From Cetorhinus maximus (Eukaryota), in the NCBI RefSeq assembly GCF_964194155.1, contig NC_135910.1, forward strand, positions 11,098,001 to 11,162,000: a stretch of 64,000 bases of DNA. Direction: 5' to 3'. How positions within the stretch are numbered: the stretch's first letter is position 1; each line of letters begins with the position of its first letter. Shown one piece after another: positions 50,010 to 61,520 of the stretch. The notes below the pieces were generated by a model. It did no database searches and was not told the origin of the DNA. It was given only the letters and a program-made list of their open reading frames with translations. The position numbers were made by a program, and so were the translations under genes.

Positions 50010-52830
50010 GGAAGTTTGCACAAGAGGAGGAGGCCATTCGGCCCATTGTGTGTGCCAGCCAAAAGGCAGCCATCGGGTATACATTCTCATTTCCAGCTCT
50101 TCGTCCATAGCCCTGCGTTTTGCAGCATTCCAAGCGCATATCTTGGGTTTTTCTTAAAAGCGGTGAGGATTTCTGCCTCCCCCACCCTTTTGAGGCAGTG
50201 AGTTCCAGATCTCCGCCCTTCTTCTCTGGGCGAAAAGATTTCTCCTCAACTCCCCTCTATTCCTTCTACCAACTACTTTAAATCTATATCCCATGGTTAT
50301 TATCCCTGATCTAGCCACTCTATCTCGGCCCATCATAATTTATACACCTCAATTAAATCTCTCCTCCGCCTCCTTTGTTCTAGAGTCAACAACCCCAGCC
50401 TATCCAATCATTTCCTTACAGCTAAAAGTCTCCATTCCTGGCAACATTATCTTAAACCCCTGATGTACATTTCCTGCTATGAGCACATCCTTCTGGCAAT
50501 GTGGTGACCAGAACTGTACACAGTACTCTAGCAGTGGCTTAACTAGTGTTTTATACAGTTCTAGCATTACCTCCCCGCTCTTATGCTCTATGCCTAGACC
50601 AGTAAAGGGCAGGATCCTGTATGCCTTCTTAGCCACCTTATCTATCTGTCCTGTTACCTTCAGGGATTAGTGTCAAAGAGTTATACAGCACAGAAACAGG
50701 CCCTTCGGCCCATCGTGTCCACACCGGTCATCAAGCCCCTATCTAATCCCATTTTCCAGCACTTGACCCATAGCCCTGTATGCTATGGTGTTTCAAGTGT
50801 TCATCTAAATACTTTTTAAATGTTGTGAGGGTTCCCACCTCTACCTCCCTTTCAGGCAGAGTGTTCCAGATGTCCCCCACCTTCCGGGTGAAATATTTTT
50901 CCTCAAATCCCCTCTAAACTTTCTTCCTATCTGCCCTATCCATGCCCCTCATAATTTTGTATACCTCAATCAGGTCCCCCCTCAGCCTTCTCTGCTCCAA
51001 GGAAAACAACCTCAGCCTATCTAGTCTCTCTTCATAGCTGAAACACTCCAGCCCAGGCAACATCCTGGTGAATCTCCTCTGCACCCTCTCCAGTGCAATC
51101 ACATCCTTCTATAGTGTGGCGACCAGAACTGCACAAAGTGCTCCAGATGTGGCCTAACTAGCATTTTATACAGCTCCACCATAACCTCCCTGTTCTTCTA
51201 TTCAATGCCTCGACTAATAAAGGTAACTATCCCATATGCCTTCTTAACCACCTTATCTACCTGTGCTGCTGCCTTCAGGGATCTATGGACATGCACACCA
51301 AAGTCCCTCTGATCCTCTGTACTTCCTAGGGTCCGACCATTCATCGTCTGCTCCCTTGCCTTGTTAGTCCTCCCAAAATGCATCACCTCACTTTTCAGGA
51401 TTTAATTCCATTTGCCACTGTTCTGCCCATCTGACCAGCCTGTCTATATCGTCCTGTAGTCTAAGGCATTCCTCCTTCCTATTTACCACACACCAATCTC
51501 CGTGTCATCTGCGAACTTACTGATCATACCTCCTACATTCATGTCTAGATCATTAATGTACACTACAAACAGCAAGGGACCCAGCACCAAACTCTGTGGT
51601 ACGCCACTGGACACAGGCTTTGAGTCACAAAAACAACCTTCAACCATCACCTTCTGCCTCCTGCCACTAAGCCAATTTTGGATCCAAATTGCCCTGGATC
51701 CCATGGGCTCTTACCTTACCAGTCTCCCCTGTCAAAGACCTTACTGAAGTCCATGTAGACTACATAAACTGCACTACCCTCATCTACAGGCCTAGTCACC
51801 TCGAAAAATTCAATCAAATTTGTTAGATATGATTTCCCCCTGACAAAGCCATGCTGACTATCCTTGATTAATCCCGGCCTCTCCAAGTAGAAATTAATTC
51901 TGTGCCTCAGAATTTTTTCCAAACGTTTCCCTAAACCTAGTGTTAGACCCACTGGCCTATAGTTCCCTGGTTTATCTCTACCACCCTTCTCGAATAATGG
52001 TACCACATTAGCTGTCCTCCAGTCCTCTGGCACCTCCCCTGTGGCCAGAGAAGATTTGAAAATTAATGACAGGGCTCCTACAATCTCCTCCCTTGCCTCC
52101 CACAGCAGCCTGGGATACATCTCATCTGGGCCTGAGGATTTATCCACTTTTAAGCCCGCTAAAACCACTAATACTTCCTCCTTCTCAATGCTAATTTATT
52201 CAAGTATATCCCAGTCCCCCTCCCTGATTTCTGTACCTACATGGTCCTTCTCTATAGTGAATACAGATGGAAAGTACTCATTTAAAACCTCATCTACGTC
52301 TTCCAGCTCCTCACACAAATTGCCACTTTGGTCCCTAATGGGCTCTACACTTTCCCTGGTTATCCTCATGCCCCTAATATACTTAAAAAAAAAACGTTGG
52401 ATTTTCCTTTATTTTACCCGCCAGTGTTTTTTCATACCCCTTCTTCGCTCTCCTAATTTTTTTAAGTGACCCCCTGCACTTTCTACTCTCCTCTAGGGCT
52501 TCTGCTGTTTTGAGCCCTCGGTATCTACCATAAGCTTCCCTTTCTTCCCTTATCCAATCCTGCACATTCCTCGACATCCAGGGTTCTCTGGATTTCACCT
52601 TTACAGGAACATGCTGGCCCTGAACTCTCACTATTTCCTTTTTGAATGACTCCCACTGCTCTGATGTAGATTTTCCTACAAGTAGCTGCTCCCAGTCCAC
52701 TTTGGCCACATCCCTGTCTTATCACATTAAAACCGGCCTTCCCCCCCCCCTCAATTCAGAACCTTTATTTCCGGTCCATCTTTGCCCTGCTCCACAACTA
52801 CCTCAAATCTTACTGAGTTATGGTCACTAA
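50010..52830 (-). mobile_element. Two adjacent CR1 LINE fragments in the putative SDHAF1 5'-UTR intron
   Basis: Minus ORFs with PGNYRPV, GVPQSLVLGP, KFADDT, ERVQRRFTRMLPG. Confidence 0.88.
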
Positions 52831-52883
52831 GTCACCGAAACATTATTTTTTTTGTATTTTTGAACAGATCCAGGCAGATCACC

Positions 52884-53165
52884 ATGGTCAGACACAGTAA
52901 ACTGCAGAAACAGGTCTTAGACCTTTACAAACAGTTTCTCCGAGCTGCCAGGGAGAAACCTGGATTTTTGCCTCTGATTCATGACGAATTTCACAAGAAC
53001 TCCCAAATACCCAGAACTGACGTGATGTACATTGAGTACCTGTTGAGAAGAGGGCAGAGACAGTTGGACCTGTTAAGGAAGTCGAACACCAAACAACTGG
53101 CGGCATTCACGAGGTTCAATCCATCGGAGAACCTGGGCCTACAGGCGATGAAAGACCCGCCGTGA
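52884..53165 (+). CDS. SDHAF1: Succinate dehydrogenase assembly factor 1 (LYR family), 93 aa
   Basis: accATGG; MVRHSKLQKQVLDLYKQFLRAAREKPG...IPRTDVMYIEYLLRRGQRQL matches SDHAF1/LYRM8; AATAAA at 53299 and 53307; SDHAF1 and TBCB are near neighbours on human 19q13.12. Confidence 0.93.
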   Translation: MVRHSKLQKQVLDLYKQFLRAAREKPGFLPLIHDEFHKNSQIPRTDVMYIEYLLRRGQRQLDLLRKSNTKQLAAFTRFNPSENLGLQAMKDPP

Positions 53166-56100
53166 CTTCCGTGAGAGCTGGCCTGAAGACAGTTAACATC
53201 CTGATTGTGAAAGAAAATTGGCATGATGGTCCAAACTTGGAAAGTTGAGCCACAGGGTAAACGTGGAACCCAATGAACTAGTTTGCGCTGGTCACACTAA
53301 TAAATTAATAAAAACTATGTGCATATGATATTACAACACCATAATGGTTATGTTACTGGACTAGCAATCCAGAGACCTGGACTAACGTTCCCGAGGTATG
53401 AGTTCAAATCCCACCATGGGCAGCTGAGGAACTTAAATGAATTAACTAAATCTTGGGGGGGGAAAAAGGGCTAGTATCGGGAATGGTGACCAAGGCTTGT
53501 CGATCTGGTTCACCAATGCCCCTTTAGGGAGGGAAATCTGCCGTCCCCACCCGGTCTGGCCTACATGTGACTCCAGATCCACAGCAATGTGGTTGACTCT
53601 TAACTGCCCCCCTCACGTGGGCGAGAGAGGCAATTTGTATTTAGGAAGGTGGCTCGCGGCCAAGGGCAACGCGGGATGGGCAGTAAATGCTGCCTCCTTG
53701 CCAGTAACGCGTGAAATAAAAACAAAACTGCATTGATTGTGAAACGATAGGAAAGATTACAGCCTTTGGAGAAGAATTTTCTGAATCTTTCAGCACTAGT
53801 CTTTGCCTACGCCAGAGGGTTACTGGGGACAACCTGGTGTTATGCAGTTTGCTTTATTCTTTCAGGGGATGTGGGCGTCACTGGCTGGGCCAGCATTTAA
53901 CAATTAGCCAGTAGTTAATATTACTAAAAGAAAAAATATCGGGGTTGACTCTCAAGTATTGTTATCAGCGTTGAATTATGGACTTACCGCCTTTGGGATG
54001 TAGTATATGAGAGTTTTATTGTAAGCTGTTAACCGCGGAATTTCCACAGTTAATTCTCATACAAGTTGGTGATCATTACTCTAACCTCCTGTCATCAGCT
54101 CAGAAGTAAATAGAACGTGGAGTCAGTAGCAAAATGGGATAACAAACTGACCAGAAAATAGAGAGTAGGGGGTTCAAGATGGAGGTCGCCTGGCGCAGTG
54201 GGTAGCGCCGCTGTCCCTGAGTCGTAAGCTCCGGGTTGGGGTCCCACCACAGGACTTGATGGGCTGAGGAAGGTGCTTTCGTGACCCAGCCAAATGGGTT
54301 GAGTATCAACGTGTAAATCCCTCCAACACACGCCAATGGCAGGTGGTAAGAGTGGGAGAGATTCCTGGTCAGCCATGTGTTGGAAAGGATGTTGGAGCCT
54401 CTACCATCACACTCTGTAACTCCAGGCTACAAGCATGCAGGTAAAAGTAAATGTTGCCAACTCAGACACTGGTGGTGATGGTGGTGGGGTTTGATGGCCT
54501 GTGTGCATCAGATCAGTGCCAACAGCACGGGGTTCGATCCCTGTTCCGGTGGGGTGGATTCGGGACCTGCCTCCTTGTCCTACCCGTGGTGGCGCTGTGG
54601 GCCAGACCCACCTTTGAGCAGAGAACCTAAGAAGGGGTTAAAGGTAGCTATTCAGACTGGCGGAGAAGTGGTGTTCCACAGCGAAAGGTGCTAGAACCAC
54701 TGTTACCGTTTACATAAAAGTTTTACAATAGCAAAAATTTGTGAATGGCACCAAGTTGGGAGTGTAGTTAATACTGAGGAGAACTGCAGTAAGATACATG
54801 GAACAACCTTGCGAGTGCGCAAGTAAATGGCAAATGAATTTCAATATTAAGAAATGTGCATTTTAGTAGAAGGAATAACTGCTCCTTGGAAAATAAGTCT
54901 AAATGATGTAGAGGAGCAAAGGAGGTGCAGATATATAGATCACTAAAACTAGTGAGGCAGGTTAATAAGACCATAACAAGCAAAGCACAGATTCACTTCC
55001 AGAGAGATAGATTTGAAAGGCAGAGAAATCATGTTAACCTGATACAGAAATTTGGTTAGACCACACTTAAAGAGAACTGTGCACCATTCTGATCACTATA
55101 TATGATAATACAGAGAGTGGCACTGGAAAAATTAAGAGAATGATCCTAGAGTTGAGAGGTGATGCCTGTCAGGACAATTGTACAGCCTGTGGGACTCTTT
55201 AGGAAAGAGAAGGCTGAGGAATATTCAGATAGAGGACTCAAAAATTATGAAAGGGTTTGAGAAAATTTCCACTTGCTGGAGGTTCCAAAACTGCTGGTTG
55301 CAGTTGCTCCTTCTGGGAGATCTGCTGTCACGGTGCATCATGCTCATCTATCTTTTATTCTTTCACAGGATGTGGGTGTCACTGGCAACTGCCCATCCCT
55401 AATTGCCCTTGAACTGAGTGGCTTGCTAGGGCCACTGCAGAGGGCAGTTAAGAGTCAGCCACATTGCTGTGGGTCTGGAGTCACATGTAGGCCAGACCAG
55501 GTAAAAATGGCAGATTTCCCTCCCTAAAGGGCATTAGTGAACCAGATGGGGTTTTACAACAATCAATGATAGCTCTCATGGGCTTTATATTCCAGATTTA
55601 TTAATTGTGTTTCTATTCCACTAGCTGCCATGATTGGGATTTGAACCCTTATTCCCCCAGGGCATTAGACCTGGCCTCTGGGTTACTAGGCCAGCAACAT
55701 CACCACTACACCACCATCTCCCCAACATGTCTTGTGCCATCCTCACACATCCGCTGTCGGCCATCTGCAGTCAAAACTAGGGGCCGCAAGATACGTAAAC
55801 AGGGAATTCAGGAGGAACTTGTTCACCCAGAGAGTGGTGAGAATGTGGAACTCGCTACCACAGGGAGTGGTGGAGGTGAATAGTGTTGATGCATTTAAGG
55901 GGAAGCTAGGTAAACACGTGAGGGAGAAAAGAATAGAAGATTATGCTGATAAAGTTCCATGGAGAGAGGGGGGAGGAGGCTCATGCAGAGCATAACTCCG
56001 GCGTGGACCAGTTGGCTCAAATGGACTGTTCCTGCATTGTAAGTTGCATGAAGCGGATGCACAACATTCCTTGTGACATCCTTCACTTTGGTTTATGGAA

Positions 56101-57229
56101 GCTGGAAGAACAAGCACTCAGACCAGGCTGCGGCTTAGGCCATAAACTATCAAATAGATTTATTGAACAGTTAAATTTGCACGTATATCGCACCTTTGTT
56201 CAGAAAAACAAGACCTTCCAAAATACTTTACAATTAATGAAGTGCTTTTTAAGTGCAGTTATTGCTGTGATGTAGGGAACCCAGCATTCAGTTCACTCCC
56301 ACAAACAGCAATGTTTTTGTCATGCTGATTGGGGGAATAAATATTGCCCAGGAGAACTCCCCTGCTTTTCTTTAAAATACAGCAATGGGATTGTTTTTAC
56401 ATCCACCTGAGAGGGGCAAACAGGGCCTCAGTTTAACATCTCATCAGAAAGACAGCACCTCCAGCACTGTACTGGAGCCTCCTCATTTAGAGGTGAGGGG
56501 ACTACCCACTTGATTTTTTCCCCTTTTTATTCTTTCATGGGATGTGGGCATCACTGGCAAGGCCAGCATTTGTTACCCATCCCTAATTGCCCTTGAACTG
56601 AGTGGCTTGCTTTACAACTAATGGTTTCATGGTCAACATTACTGAGACTAGCTTTAACTGAATTCAGATTTCACTAGCTGCTATGCTGGGATTCAAACCT
56701 GTGTCTCCAGGGCATTAGCCTAGGTATCTGGATTACTAGTCCAGCAACATTACCACTACTCCACCATCGGAGAGGGGTAAATGAACTGGATTAGATACAA
56801 ACAGATCAATAATCATTACAATTTGAGTGTCCATGTACTATTGCAGGCAACAGATTCATCTCTTATGCCAACTGTCAAAATAAAACAGATCTTCGTAAAC
56901 TCAGCCCCTTATGTCTTAGTCTGCATTCCTGTAGTTCCTGAGTCTGTATTCTGTCCTGTCTCTCTCAACTTCAGAACCGCAGCAAACTGAAAGCCACCTT
57001 CAGGGGTGACACTCCGAACTCTTTTGAAGATTCACCAGAAACAAAGGCCAATAAACCATATCTTTCATTGTGTGTTTATCCATTCATTGAGAAACTATAT
57101 GAGCCTGCACAAATACAGCTGTCACTTACAGTGGAGCTGAAAAAAGGTTATTTACCTGCTCATGTATACTCAGCTGAGATGTCAAGATGAACAAATGGAG
57201 TAGAATGACACCTGAGCAGAAAGGTCTTT

Positions 57230-57625
57230 GGAAGTATCTAGTAGGTCACCAGATCAACAGGCAATCAGTTTGTTTATCTCATTGTTCACATTTGAGTGTA
57301 CTGGAAACTACATATATTAATACAAAAGGCCCTGTTCTTTGCAGACACAAAGAACATGTGCACACAATTGCGCTTTCAGTTAAACAAAATAACTGACAGC
57401 CATTCACTGGTTCATTCCCAGGGCAATATCTTGACCAATCAAAGTCAAGCTGCCTGGTTTAAATTTCAAACAATGCTTGGCAGTTAACCGTCAGTTGCCA
57501 TCAACTGGGGCATTCTCCATGGCAATACCTCTACCAATCAAAGTCCATTGTCCCCTGACATTGGTGTTTTCTTGTGAATTGTCCTGATGAGTGCAAGACG
57601 AAAAGCTTCGAAAAATAAAAATCTT
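57230..57625 (+). mobile_element. Degenerate 3' end of a third Penelope-like family with a hammerhead-like core
   Basis: HLSVLETTYINTKGPVLCRHKE resembles a GIY-YIG C-terminus; CTGATGA-gtgcaagac-GAAA at 57584-57603. Confidence 0.55.
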
Positions 57626-60242
57626 ATTTCCGCAATATGCATTGCTGTTTGTCGGACCATTCTGGGGTGCCAGTCCAGAGAAAGTGAACTCAGCTTTTAC
57701 AACAGGGCCGAATGGTCTTCTCCTGCTCCTAAGTCCTATGTTTTGGCTTCCCTTCTTCACTTGCTCCCATGCGACCTCTTGTTTTTCACCCAGCAGCTGC
57801 TAGCCTAAAAACCCAAGCGAAGATACTCAATTACAGGGGATCTAACCTTTATAAGATGATGCAGTGACATTTACAAAGAGCATGTGGTCAGATGCTGCAT
57901 TGCCATACATCACATGATCAGATGTCATGTGATGAGATGCCACATGGCTATACGTCACGTAATCAGACATCATGTGGGCAGAATGTCACACAATCAAACC
58001 TCCAATTGGAGTTCACAGCCTGAGTGCAGAAGGAGCAACATTTTTAAATCTTCCAAAATATCAGTGTACAATACCAGCAGCACGAACCCTTTCCTAATTA
58101 CTTTCATCATTGAGAAAACCTGATCTTTGCCCACTGAAATCCAAATGCAAAGTTAACTAAATGGTTTAACCACTTTTTCTCCTTTTTTTTTGGTCCCTCT
58201 TAGAATATTATATGTCTATGGGAGTCAGGAGAGGGGAGAACTTTTTTGGTCGTGATGCTCTGGTCATATGGTGCGGGGCAGGCTTGATTTTTTTTTTATT
58301 TCTTAAAAAGTACTTTATTCATTTAATTTTGCACAAATACATTACATAACAATGCAAATTTGACATTACAAAGTGCAAGCAGTCCAATTATTTTCAATGC
58401 AGTACAGTACATGACACCCTGAGGTGCCTCACTGCACTTATAATCACAGGTAACGAACATTTTGTTTCAAACATGCTTTGGTGTGTACCGTCCCAGGCAT
58501 TTTACACAGGTTCCAGTCCTTAGTGTTATAAATTGTCACTCAGTCACTGAGCAAAGGAGGAATCTGGAGCCAGTTCTGCCTTAACATTGGTTTATTCACA
58601 TAACCCAGGAAACACAGGCACAAGCTCCCTTTTCCTCTCCCCAAACAGGTGGTTCTTATATATACTTAAGAATAATACCCTAACCTTTCCCCCATTAATA
58701 ACAGTTGTTCTTACTTAACAACTAGAGCATGCACTTCATTGTGGCAGGATTGCAAAATTTACCCCAGTGAGAAGGCCTTTCGAGTGGGGCCTTTCTCGAT
58801 CTTGTCTGTCAATTCCACATGTATCACTTAGCTGATCCCAAGTGGAACTTCTGTGACCTTGTTTTCCATACCCTTGTATGCTTCAGACAGCCACGAAATT
58901 GAAATTCCTGATGATCTATCCTGTTGCAATGCCTTTCAGTCACAATTCATTTTTTTTTTAAAAATCATAAAATAATGCAAGTGGGGAGGACAGTCAGGAG
59001 ATCAGGGGAACGGTCAAGTCTCGAGATGGCAAGTCCGAGGGTATCAGCAGTAGAAGATCTGAAGCAGAAGCATAAAAGCAATTTTTTAAAAATCAGATTT
59101 TTTTCTCCCCTCTTTAGACTTTTCATTGGCCAGAGCCATTCAGAAAACAAAAGGAAAATGAAGTCCAGAAGTTCAATAAGCAGTTTATCCACCTCCTGAA
59201 TCCCCCTCCTTCTGTCTCTTGGTCTTATTATCTTTTTATCCCTTTGGTGTTATTGGCCTCAACGCACAGATATAATACACAAAGTGCCTATTTCCCCACA
59301 CAGCACAATGTCACAAAAGGATAACATAATAGAAAGCAATTCAGAAGTGCTTTTCACTGAACTGAAATTTAGGATTGGTTCTTAGCTTAGCTCAGTTGAC
59401 AGTTAATTGTTCGACTCTTTCACTGACGGCCTTCATGCAGCGAGTGGTTAAAGTCTGGAATGCACTGCCTCAGAGTGTGGTGGAGGCAGGTTCAATGGAA
59501 GTCTCAAAAGGGAATTTCTAATTAATTAGACTTATCGGAAAAGAAAGAATGCGCAGGGCCACTGGGAGAAGGCAGGAGGATGGCACCAAATGAATTGCTC
59601 ATTTGGAGAGCTGGCACAGACATGATGGGCCGAATGGCCTCCTTCTGCGCTGTAACAATATTGTGATTCTGCAGTATTGCCAGCAAGAGCTAAATGTATT
59701 CCTGGAGGTTTCATCACACGACTTGCCCCCCCACACTCCAGTCATGAGTCAGCCAACACGTCCATCCTTGTGACGTACGGCCTTCCTACGCCAATTGGAA
59801 AGCAAAAAGACTCATTACCCAAATGTATGATGCTTGACTGGCAGCCTTTTTGTCCCCCTGCCCCCCCCACCCACCAATATTTTTACATCTGGTAAAGTGA
59901 AACGTTCAACGAAAATGAAGAAATAAAAAGCAATCTTTTTAAATGCCCGGATGATTTTTCTCCAGGGTTGCACAGCAGCCAGTGTCCTGGTGATTGACCT
60001 TCAATTCCTGGAGACTCCAGGCCAATCCTGGAGGGTTGGCAAGCCTCTGACTCTGTCATGAATTGCCTAGCACTGAGATGAGAGGGTGGGTGAGTGGGCA
60101 GAATTTCCGCCAGCACCAAAGATGGCGGAATCCTATTTCTCACGCGGCATTTTTTTTTGGGGGGCCGGAGGTCATGCGCCGCGAGATTCCCGTTTGACCC
60201 CGGCCCGAAATCCCGCAGTTAGTTTGCGGGCGGTGGGGGAAG

Positions 60243-60290
60243 ATGGCGGCCCAGGAAAGTGAGGTGCTGGTCAGGCCGGCGAACGGCGAG
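60243..60290 (+). CDS. First coding exon (MAAQESEVLVRPANGE) of a gene continuing beyond the window; N-terminus reminiscent of CLPTM1 but not established
   Basis: CpG island ~60100-60520, aagATGGCGGC (YY1/Kozak-type start), GAG|GTGAGA phase-0 donor; no downstream exon recognised in the window. Confidence 0.6.
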
Positions 60291-61124
60291 GTGAGAAACC
60301 CGGGAGGGGCGGATGACGATTCGGGCCCGGGATTTGTGGGGTGGGGAAGGGATCGGGTCAGAGGCTCCAGGAAGGGAGGGAGGGAGAGGCCGGGTGGGGG
60401 GTCGGTCGGTCGGTTGGACGGCCCTTGGTCACTGGCCTCAATACAAAGCGGCTGCTCTGGGGCCCTGAGCAGCTCTGGGCACCTCCACCTGGGGCAGCAG
60501 CTGGCAGGCGGCGCCAGTTAAATTCAGCAGAATGATACCTGGATTAACCCACAGGGGCAGATTACACAGGCTGGGGGTTGTCTTTCCCCTGAATTCAAAA
60601 GGCGAAGGGGGCTGATTTGATTGAATTTGCCCACTGGAATTGCTGGTAATGTCACTGGGCTAGCAATCCAGAGAGCCCAGGCGAATGCCCTTGGGACACG
60701 GGTTCAGATCCCTCCACGGGCAGCTGGTGGAATTTAAATCCCGCTAATGCAGTCTGGAATTGAAAGCCAGCCTCAGTAAATGGTGACCATGACAACTATC
60801 ATTGTCCATTTCTATATATAAAAAAAATCCCCCACCTGGTTGACTAATTTAGGGAAGGGATACCTGCCGCCCTCACCCGGCCTGGCCTGCCTGTGATTCC
60901 AGGTCCACGGCGATGCGTGGGGTTGACTCTTCCACTGCCCCCTCTGAAATGGCCGAGCAAGCCACTCAGTTCGAGGGCAATTAGGGATGGGCAGCAAATG
61001 CTGGCCTCACCAAGCGGACCCCCTGGGTGGCTCGTTTTTGAGTTTTCACACCAGCTTTCGGCTGAAAACCAAGAGATCACATGGGAGCCAGTGAAGAAGG
61101 GAACCCAAAGGATAGGACTTAGGA

Positions 61125-61520
61125 GCAGGAGTAGGCTATTTGCCCTTCGAGCCTGCTCCACCATTCAATAAGATCATAGCTGATGTGGTTGTGATCTCAA
61201 TTCCATTTTCACGTCTGTTCTCCCATAACCCTTGACTCTTTTGTCTATCAAAAATCTATCTAACTCAACCTTGAATAAATTCAATGACTCAGCCTCCACT
61301 GTTTTCTGAGGAAGACAATTCCACAGACTAACAACCCTCTGAGAGAAAAAAAAATTTGCTTCATCTCCATCTTAAAAGGGAGACTTCTTATACTTAAACT
61401 GTGTCCCCTAGTTCTAATTTTCCCCACAAGAAGAAACATCCTCCTGTTATCTACCCTATAAAGCCCCTTCAGGATCTTGTGTCTCAGTAAGATCACCTCT
61501 CGTTCTTCTAAACTCCAGTG
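61125..61520 (-). mobile_element. CR1 LINE 3' fragment
   Basis: ORF 61281..61583 (KILKGLYRVD...RTRGHSL) and CR1 3' UTR. Confidence 0.75.

Noticed and set aside
60243-60521. 92-aa ORF as a complete single-exon gene
   Set aside because: A strong donor at 60291 indicates only 16 codons are exonic; the rest is GC-rich intron.
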